This document shows positions 27,424 to 34,684 of a stretch of DNA of 64,000 bases, one piece after another (position 1 is the stretch's first letter; the number at the start of each line of letters is the position of its first letter). A program made the translations under genes and the position numbers. The DNA is from a virus, in IMG/VR virus record IMGVR_UViG_3300026457_000013, positions 1-64,000 of that record; one strand, given 5' to 3'. The notes under the pieces are model-generated. The model was not told the DNA's origin, ran no database searches, and worked only from the letters and a program-made list of their open reading frames with translations.

Positions 27424-28108
27424 TGTAATGATCCTTGACCTGAAATTTTTTCCAATCATAGGGCTCGATCTTATCGCGCCAACCTTTAGAACGTACAATT
27501 TTTTGTAGGATTGGAATCTCAAAATCGCGGGCATCCTCAAGGGCAGTGTGGGGTTCAGTAGTAAGATTACCAGTTACAAAACCTGCAACAGTCTCGGCAT
27601 CAGTCTTGAACGTCATATTACCTTTATCGGTCGCATTATTAAAACGATGATTGTCGAGCACAAAACGCTTATACTTTTTGGAACGGCAGATGTTACCTAC
27701 AGCGGCTTGCCAAAGGCAAAAGCGGCTAGTGAAAGAATCTAGAACGATACCAGAGTTAGCACATTTGCTAGCGTCGAAGGCGAGATTGTATGCGGTTAGA
27801 ATAGGGTCATAAGTACCGATACATTTATTAATCCAATTATTTATAGCGGTTACCGACGCAAGCATACGTGTACCAGAATCTAGCATGTTCTGATAATTAG
27901 CACGACGACGCTCAAGGTTAGCAGAGGCCCAGAAACCGTTATTGTTTTTGTCATGGAATAAGGTTGCAGGGTCATAGAACTCACGAACTAGAACGCTACA
28001 ACTATTGTAAATCTTGCCGTGACGGTCACAAACCACAATGGCAAAATCCATAACGGTATCGTTGATAGTCGTTTCAGTATCTAGAACAGCGAAGTATTGT
28101 CGTTTCAT
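27416..28108 (-). CDS. DEDDh 3'-5' exonuclease
   Basis: VLDTET, AYNLAFD, HTALEDA. Confidence 0.88.
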   Translation of the reverse strand: MKRQYFAVLDTETTINDTVMDFAIVVCDRHGKIYNSCSVLVREFYDPATLFHDKNNNGFWASANLERRRANYQNMLDSGTRMLASVTAINNWINKCIGTYDPILTAYNLAFDASKCANSGIVLDSFTSRFCLWQAAVGNICRSKKYKRFVLDNHRFNNATDKGNMTFKTDAETVAGFVTGNLTTEPHTALEDARDFEIPILQKIVRSKGWRDKIEPYDWKKFQVKDHYNV

Positions 28109-28339
28109 AATTTATAACCTAGTAAATGTGACAGAACCCCTAGTATACCACAAAATCCGCGCAAGTGCCAGTTTTGGCTGCCGCCCATCGGCTGTGGGCC
28201 GCCGCACATCCGACCGACCAGCGGTCGCCAGGAGCCGACGAACGGTCGGCCCGGGCCTTGACACGCCTGCAAAAATTATGGTATAATTTTTGGCGCCATG
28301 GCTATAAATTTTATAATTTATAGCCATAACGTGGAACAG

Positions 28340-28355
28340 TGTTCCACGTGAAACC
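28340..28355. other. parS-like site
   Basis: TGTTCCACGTGAAACC, 15/16 to the chromosomal parS consensus TGTTNCACGTGAAACA; extra half-site CGTGGAACA just upstream. Confidence 0.75.
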
Positions 28356-28558
28356 TAAACTTTGTGCAAACTATCCCAAATTGCAAGATTACGCTGTGCC
28401 ATTTTTTGGTACAATTCAGCGCCTACCAAGTGGCCGCGACTAATATCGTTTCTAGAATATTGTAAATATCGTTCTGCATTTTCTAACAACATGCGACTAG
28501 CAAGTTTGTGCCAAAACGTAGAACGATTGGCTAGGTCTTTCCAATATTGCTCGCTCAT
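28355..28558 (-). CDS. hypothetical protein
   Basis: 67-aa ORF, ATGA-coupled. Confidence 0.6.
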   Translation of the reverse strand: MSEQYWKDLANRSTFWHKLASRMLLENAERYLQYSRNDISRGHLVGAELYQKMAQRNLAIWDSLHKV

Positions 28559-28740
28559 ACTAATTCCTCAGGTAAACTGTTATATTCTTTATAAAGGCTA
28601 TCGTACATTCTAATAACCCAACCTATATCGTTCCAATCGCTAACCGTTCCAAAATCTGGACGATAGCCGTATATATCAAAATACAGATCGCAAAATTTGT
28701 CCTGCATTGCCCAAAGTTCTATAGCCTTTACATTTTTCAT
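28555..28740 (-). CDS. hypothetical protein
   Basis: DLYFDIYGYRP motif. Confidence 0.6.
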   Translation of the reverse strand: MKNVKAIELWAMQDKFCDLYFDIYGYRPDFGTVSDWNDIGWVIRMYDSLYKEYNSLPEELV

Positions 28741-28741
28741 A

Positions 28742-29218
28742 TCAATGTCCTTGTTTGCTTGGAACATAAACGCCCCTAATGTTAAAGTAATCACAAACCG
28801 CTTTAAGATATGCTACATTATCCTCATAAAATACAGCGTCATTAAAATGATAACCTAAATTGCTATACAATTTGAAAATCCGTTTTAGTCCTTCAATCTT
28901 GAGAGTAGCACCAGAACGGTTATCATTTTCATTACGGCTAACTATATGGTCAGGTGTACCTAGTCTGCTATAAATAAATGCACGATCAGGGTTCCGCAAA
29001 ATGCGGGCAGTAGCAATAACAACAATACAGTAGGGATCATCGAGATCGTTTTTATATTGTTCTGCAAGTGGTAACAGTGAATCCTCCAGTGCGCGATATT
29101 CATTAGCACGCCAGTAGTCGAGGTCAATGCGCTCAATACCGTTATCAACAATGGTACGATACCTGTGCATACTGCAAACGATTGTGCCATCCATGTCATA
29201 GATTGCTATCCTTTTCAT
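28742..29218 (-). CDS. HAD-superfamily phosphatase
   Basis: IYDMDGT, ATAR, conserved K, FYEDN motifs I-IV. Confidence 0.85.
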   Translation of the reverse strand: MKRIAIYDMDGTIVCSMHRYRTIVDNGIERIDLDYWRANEYRALEDSLLPLAEQYKNDLDDPYCIVVIATARILRNPDRAFIYSRLGTPDHIVSRNENDNRSGATLKIEGLKRIFKLYSNLGYHFNDAVFYEDNVAYLKAVCDYFNIRGVYVPSKQGH

Positions 29219-29537
29219 AACCTATATCCTTATAAAGTCTAGAATGTTGTAAGGTTTAACTTGTCTGCCCTTGCCCTATCGGCCCTATCCGAGGGTAGGC
29301 GGGGTTACTAGCCGCCTAGAGTCATGCCCTACAACAGAAACAAGTATACCTGAATTTTTGAGGTCAAATGTCGTCCAAGCGACAATTGCCTACCATCCAT
29401 ACCTTACAGCCTGCCACACATCAGCCGACCAGTGGTCGACCCTACCCGATGAACGGCGGCCCTGGGGCTTGACACGGCTGCAAATTATATGCTATAATTT
29501 GGCGCGTCAGCGCTCTAAGTTCTATAACCTAGAGCAG

Positions 29538-29553
29538 TGTTTCACGTGAAACT
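29538..29553. other. parS-like site
   Basis: TGTTTCACGTGAAACT; perfect 14-bp palindrome GTTTCACGTGAAAC. Confidence 0.8.
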
Positions 29554-29663
29554 GTATCGTGCTAAAAACCATAGCATGCCCATAACGTACAACCACAGCA
29601 TCATCATAATAATGTTTCTATAATTCATATCGTTATAGTAGGGGCTTGCGCCCCTACCCCTTG

Positions 29664-29990
29664 CTAGTCGGCAGATTGCCTGATAAAATCGCTGATTGCA
29701 CGCAGTGCGCTCTTGTTAGCTTTCGTTAACGATTCTATATCGTTCTCTGAGAGCTTGAGAGCTGCGCCGATAAAATCAGCGTGAACGTCTTTTTTGATGG
29801 GGCTTTCGCCGTTCTTGGTTCTATATTCTTTAGCGACGTAAACCTTTTCACGGCTGAGCTTTGCTACAATTGAGCGAACAGTCTTGCCCATTGCTTGTGC
29901 AATTTGCTCAACGCTAACACCGGCCTGATAGTCGGCCACAATCTGAGCAGTTTGCTCAGGGCTATAATTAGGGGCTTTGGCTGTTGCCAT
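29664..29990 (-). CDS. T5 A2/D3-like DNA-binding protein (paralogue 4)
   Basis: close relative of paralogue 3 (LSENDIESLTKANKSAL shared); promoter TTGACT-17-TATACT at 30052-30024. Confidence 0.78.
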   Translation of the reverse strand: MATAKAPNYSPEQTAQIVADYQAGVSVEQIAQAMGKTVRSIVAKLSREKVYVAKEYRTKNGESPIKKDVHADFIGAALKLSENDIESLTKANKSALRAISDFIRQSAD

Positions 29991-30270
29991 TTCAGCTACT
30001 CCTGTTGTGTTGAAAGAAACTCTAGTATAGGCTAGTTGTAGTGCTAAGTCAAGTAAAAAATCTTACCGCTCGTCGGCCAGTAACTACCATTGGTCGGCTT
30101 AACACAGTTATAAACTTTACTACAAGTTTTGTGCTAAGTTATAGAACTTATACCGACCAGGGGCGGTTGTTAGACTTTATATAACTTATAGCGGTGGGGC
30201 CCTCGCTTACGGCCTATCATTAAAAATTTTTCGAAAAGACCAAGGTGCCAAATCCGACCCTAAACCGTAC

Positions 30271-30314
30271 CAACAGCCACAACAGCCACAACAGCCACAA
30301 CAGCCACAACAGCC
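30271..30314 (+). repeat. 9-bp tandem repeat (CAACAGCCA)x~5
   Basis: read directly from sequence. Confidence 0.9.
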
Positions 30315-30386
30315 CACTGCCCAAAAAATTTTCAACTTGCCTAACAACTACCACCCATGATATACTCCAATAAACTGGAGAAACCA

Positions 30387-30857
30387 ATGACTACACACCT
30401 ACCAGCCGAAACCCTACAAATCTCACCAGAAGCACTGGAAGTAGCCAACTGCTATCTTCAGCTTAATGATGCTAAAAGGGTAGCCCATGAACTAAGCCTA
30501 CATCCAGACCAAGTCACACAAATCTTAGGTCGCCGCGAGGTCAAGCAGTATATTGACCAAGTATTCTTTGACATGGGCTACAACAACCGATTTTTAATGC
30601 GTCAGGCAATGGATGCACTAATCAAGCAAAAGTTTTCTGAGTTGGAGGAAGCTGGTGTTGGATCTAGCAAAGATATTGCAGACTTATTACACCTGTCGCA
30701 TAAAATGTCAATGGATCTCCTAGACAAGCAATTGCAGCTGGAAAAGCTGCGCACACAAGCTCCAGGCCCACAAAAGCAGGTGAACGTGCAAATCAATGAT
30801 GATGGCAGCAAGTATTCGCAGCTTATACATAAACTTGTGAGTGGAGACGGCATATGA
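30387..30857 (+). CDS. terS: terminase small subunit (T5-like)
   Basis: ISPEALEVAN.YL, EVKQYID..F.D.GY.NR, SSKDI.DLL; position before TerL; GGAG RBS. Confidence 0.8.
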   Translation: MTTHLPAETLQISPEALEVANCYLQLNDAKRVAHELSLHPDQVTQILGRREVKQYIDQVFFDMGYNNRFLMRQAMDALIKQKFSELEEAGVGSSKDIADLLHLSHKMSMDLLDKQLQLEKLRTQAPGPQKQVNVQINDDGSKYSQLIHKLVSGDGI

Positions 30858-30929
30858 GTGCCCTATGGTTCACCCTAAACTGTATCGGCCTTAGCATCTT
30901 AATAACAATAGCACTAGCGGAACTCATCC

Positions 30930-32219
30930 ATGCTCGTAGTAAGCAGAAATAACGTAGAAACAGAGTACATTAAGGAGTTTGATCCTACCAAGCGATTTAT
31001 CAAACTGCCTATCGACAACTACTTACGACTCTTAAATCTATACGATACCATCAACAGGCCCCAAATCGCACTAATCAATAGTGTTAATGATCCACAGTAT
31101 AGGTTTATCTGTGCTGCACTTGCCAGACGATTGGGCAAAACATACATAGCCAATGTTATAGGTCAGCTGGTTACACTAGTACCCAACAGTAATGTACTTA
31201 TCATTAGCCCTAACTATAATTTGAGTGCAATCAGTTTTGAGCTGCAGCGTAGGTTAATCAAGCATTTTGACCTGGAAGTAACCCGTGATAACCTCAAGGA
31301 CAAGATTATTGAGCTCAGCAATGGATCAACTATCAGAATGGGATCTATTAGCACAGTGGATTCAACAGTTGGTCGTAGTTATGACCTTATAATATTCGAC
31401 GAGGCTGCACTTAGTGAGCATGGCGAGGACGCATTTAACATTGCCTTACGCCCTACACTAGACAAACCATCGGCAAAAGCCATATTTATTAGCACACCAC
31501 GTGGTAAAAACAACTGGTTTTCAAAGTTCTGGTCGCGTGGATTTGACCCTAACTTTCCAGAGTGGGTTAGTTTGCAGGCAGATTATTCGGAGAATAGCCG
31601 CATGGCACAGTCGGATGTTGATGAAGCACGTAGATCCATGTCGAAGTCGGAGTTTGAGCAGGAATATATGGCAAGTTTTACTAGTTACTTAGGCCAAATT
31701 TATGAAGGGTTTAAGCCTGAGTATATCCTAGACCAACTACCAGACCTGCGCGGTGAAGCTATTGCTGGTGTAGATGTAGGATACAAGGATGCCACTGCCT
31801 GGGTTAACATAATATACGACTATAATACCGACTGTTTTTATGCTGTAGAAGATTATTTGGAGCCAGAGCGTACTACTAGAGAACATGCCGAACATTTTCA
31901 TAGAATGATAGATAGTTGGAGTATACAAACTGTATTTATTGATAGTGCAGCAGCACAATTTGCTGCTGACCTAGCTTACAACTACGATATTGCTACTACT
32001 AAAGCTAAAAAAGACGTACTTGCAGGCATTGCATACGTGCAAACACTAGTCCAGCAAGGCAGATTTAGGGTACACAGAAATTGTCACCACGTTATAGCTA
32101 TGCTAGATGCTTATCAGTGGGATAACCGCGAAAATTTAGCGCGTGAACGTCCTAAACACAACGAGTACAGTCACATGGCTGATGCTGTTCGTTATGCACT
32201 ATACAGTTATGTAGTATAG
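30930..32219 (+). CDS. terL: terminase large subunit (T5-like)
   Basis: ARRLGKT Walker A, VGRSYDLIIFDEAA, ISTPRG, FEQEY, SHMADA.RY. Confidence 0.95.
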   Translation: MLVVSRNNVETEYIKEFDPTKRFIKLPIDNYLRLLNLYDTINRPQIALINSVNDPQYRFICAALARRLGKTYIANVIGQLVTLVPNSNVLIISPNYNLSAISFELQRRLIKHFDLEVTRDNLKDKIIELSNGSTIRMGSISTVDSTVGRSYDLIIFDEAALSEHGEDAFNIALRPTLDKPSAKAIFISTPRGKNNWFSKFWSRGFDPNFPEWVSLQADYSENSRMAQSDVDEARRSMSKSEFEQEYMASFTSYLGQIYEGFKPEYILDQLPDLRGEAIAGVDVGYKDATAWVNIIYDYNTDCFYAVEDYLEPERTTREHAEHFHRMIDSWSIQTVFIDSAAAQFAADLAYNYDIATTKAKKDVLAGIAYVQTLVQQGRFRVHRNCHHVIAMLDAYQWDNRENLARERPKHNEYSHMADAVRYALYSYVV

Positions 32220-32908
32220 GGTACTTTCCAGCCTTTGTATTGTTTTTTATGTCCACGCAATACTTCGCCTAATGAGCCGTGGTTTAAATTATGCTCTCTA
32301 CAAAAACCCCTAAGACTGGGCTTAATGTCATAAATAATATTATCAGGACTTATTATTTGAGGATAACCTGTAGTTTTAATATTTTTCGCAACCTTTCTCT
32401 TAGTACCCTTTAACTCTAAAAGTAATTTATATTCTGCTGGATACAAATTTTTTAACCAACTATGTGATGCGCCACTAGAAACATCTGCTAATGCTCCGCG
32501 GCTAATACCTGTTATTTCTATAATTTCTCTATGAGTTAATTTATTATCTACAAGATAGTGAAAAACTTCTATAATTAAGTCATTACTATATTTTGCGTTG
32601 CCGGCATTTTCACCATATAAATCCTGTCTATTTGTAAAACTTTTAAAAGCATTAAACCCATTATTTACAGAATCATATATTGCAATAGCTTCTTCTTCTA
32701 TAGAATCTAATTCATCAACAGTACATTCAACCAAAATTTCTAAGTTTGGCATACCAAATTCATTGTAAGCTTGCTGTAATTTTTTTCTGCTTTTTTGATT
32801 TTTTAGCGAAGTTTTATGGCTAATATATCTGCGCTCAATATCTATAGATTGCCCTATGTATACTTTATTAGTTCCACAAAAATTTAATTTATAAATGCCA
32901 ACTGTCAT
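32207..32908 (-). mobile_element. free-standing GIY-YIG homing endonuclease
   Basis: GIYK...VYIGQS..IERR..H, NGFN, C-terminal HKKQYKGWK; AT-rich and antisense within the late operon. Confidence 0.88.
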
Positions 32909-33062
32909 TGTACTAGTCCTCTAAAAAGTTTATATAATCCATTTTACAGGAATGATTAAAAATTTTCAAGTAGTAAATTTTATTAGTAGCAAAGTAAAAT
33001 TTACTACTTGACATTTTTGTATCTTTTAAGTTATAATAGCTAAAATCGTGGAATAATATTTT

Positions 33063-33524
33063 ATGGCAGTAAATACTAATAAACGTATACCAATAAAGCA
33101 TATACGAGACAAAGCTAAAAGCGCATATGAAAAGCAATCTCACTGCTATATTTGTGAAAGCCAAAAAGAACTTGAATTACATCATCTACACAGCCTTACA
33201 TATTTATTAGAAGCGTGGGTAAATAAAAAAGGTTATGATATTAGTACTGATGAAAAAGTTCTAGCAATTCGTGATGAGTTTATTGCAGAGCACCGTGTGG
33301 AAATATATGATCTAGTTTTTACCTTGTGTAACAAACATCATGTACAACTGCATGGAATTTATGGTAAATCACCAATACCTAGCTCTGTACCTAAACAACA
33401 GCAATGGATAGAATTGCAGCGTAATAAATATTTAAGTGGTCAGCAAGATTTTCGTGGTAGTAGCTATGGCTCCTATTTTGCACAGTTCACAGGGGACTTA
33501 GATGGTACTAGAAAGATTACGTGA
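33063..33524 (+). CDS. HNH nicking endonuclease (T5-like)
   Basis: CYIC..ELELHH, TLCNKHH..LH.IYGK; lies between TerL and portal as in T5. Confidence 0.85.
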   Translation: MAVNTNKRIPIKHIRDKAKSAYEKQSHCYICESQKELELHHLHSLTYLLEAWVNKKGYDISTDEKVLAIRDEFIAEHRVEIYDLVFTLCNKHHVQLHGIYGKSPIPSSVPKQQQWIELQRNKYLSGQQDFRGSSYGSYFAQFTGDLDGTRKIT

Positions 33525-34674
33525 GTGGGTAGTTGAAAAACTAAATCCTGCTCAAATACGCATTAGTGAAGGGGAGGGTAGTAGTGTAGGTAGTACACAG
33601 CCTATAAGCTATAGATTCTACTTTCGTGATATAGACTGTGTAAACACTAGTGTTAACAAGGTAGTTGCCGCTTGCGCTAGCCTTGATTACGATATAAAAG
33701 ACAAACAACATGAAGGTGTAATAGCTGGATTACGTCAAAAGACCCTAAACACACTACTTAACTTTAGACCAAATCCCTATCAGAGTGCACAGGAGTTTCG
33801 CCGCAGTTTATTCACAGATTTCTTATTAGACGGCAATGCCTTTGTGCATTTTGATGGTACATTTATGTATCACCTGCCAGCAGAAAATGTGGAAATATTA
33901 ACTGACAGCAAAACGTTTATTAGTGGCTATAAGTATAATGGCGAAATTTTGTTCCGCGAGAGTGAAGTATTCTACTTTCGTGATGTAAATTCGGAGAGTA
34001 TCTATCGCGGGCAGAGCAGGTTATCGGCTGCGCGTCAAAGTATAGATACACTATGGAACATGCACGAGTTTCAGCAAAACTTCTTTAAAAATGGTGCTAT
34101 ATTTGGCATGGCACTAACCACAGAAAATACACTGTCACAAGCTGCTAAAGAAAAAACCTATCAGTACTGGGCACAGCGATATAATCCGCGCAGTGGTGGA
34201 CGTCGCCCAATTATTCTAGATAGTGGATTGAAGCCTGTTAAATTGCAGGACAATGACTTTCAAGACCTAGACTTTGATAAAGCTATTGCACGCCACAGCG
34301 AGCGCGTAATGACAACCATAGGTGTACCGCCTATATTATTGCAGGGTGGTAACAATGCTAACATTGCCCCTAATCTTAAACTATTTTACCTGGAAACTGT
34401 ACTGCCAATCGTTAGGTTATATGTTTCCGCAGTGGAAAGATATTTTGGATATGACGTGGCAGAAGTAACCAATAATGTTAGTGCACTACAGCCAGAATTA
34501 AAAGACGTAGCAGCTTATCATAGCACACTAGTTAATGGCGGCGTTATAACTCCTAACGAAGCCCGTATAGAATTACGGTATCCAACCATAGCTGGAAATG
34601 ATACCCTAAGAATACCTGCTAACATTGCAGGTTCAGCAGCCAATCCATCAGAGGGTGGTAGGCCTAGCAACTAA
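33502..34674 (+). CDS. portal protein
   Basis: LLNFRPNPYQ, DFLLDGNAF, NFFKNGA, GVPPILL, ITPNEAR, RIPANIAGSA. Confidence 0.93.
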   Translation: MVLERLREWVVEKLNPAQIRISEGEGSSVGSTQPISYRFYFRDIDCVNTSVNKVVAACASLDYDIKDKQHEGVIAGLRQKTLNTLLNFRPNPYQSAQEFRRSLFTDFLLDGNAFVHFDGTFMYHLPAENVEILTDSKTFISGYKYNGEILFRESEVFYFRDVNSESIYRGQSRLSAARQSIDTLWNMHEFQQNFFKNGAIFGMALTTENTLSQAAKEKTYQYWAQRYNPRSGGRRPIILDSGLKPVKLQDNDFQDLDFDKAIARHSERVMTTIGVPPILLQGGNNANIAPNLKLFYLETVLPIVRLYVSAVERYFGYDVAEVTNNVSALQPELKDVAAYHSTLVNGGVITPNEARIELRYPTIAGNDTLRIPANIAGSAANPSEGGRPSN

Positions 34675-34684
34675 GAGGAGTAAG

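Larger units (their letters stand above)
25499..30097. repeat. six copies of an intergenic promoter module
   Basis: CCGACCAGYGG-10nt-CCGAYGAACGG-12/13nt-TTGACA-18nt-TATAAT-TGGCGC-hairpin at 25499, 25623, 26636, 28214, 29425 (+); inverted copy at 30097-30024. Confidence 0.9.

Noticed and set aside
28160-28172. sigma54 promoter (TGGCAC TTGC on minus strand)
   Set aside because: Lacks the required 5-nt spacer; fits a weak sigma70 -35 17 bp from TATACT
25499-30097. CRISPR array or IS ends as explanation for the repeats
   Set aside because: Copies are degenerate, separated by whole genes and contain promoter boxes; no cas or transposase genes
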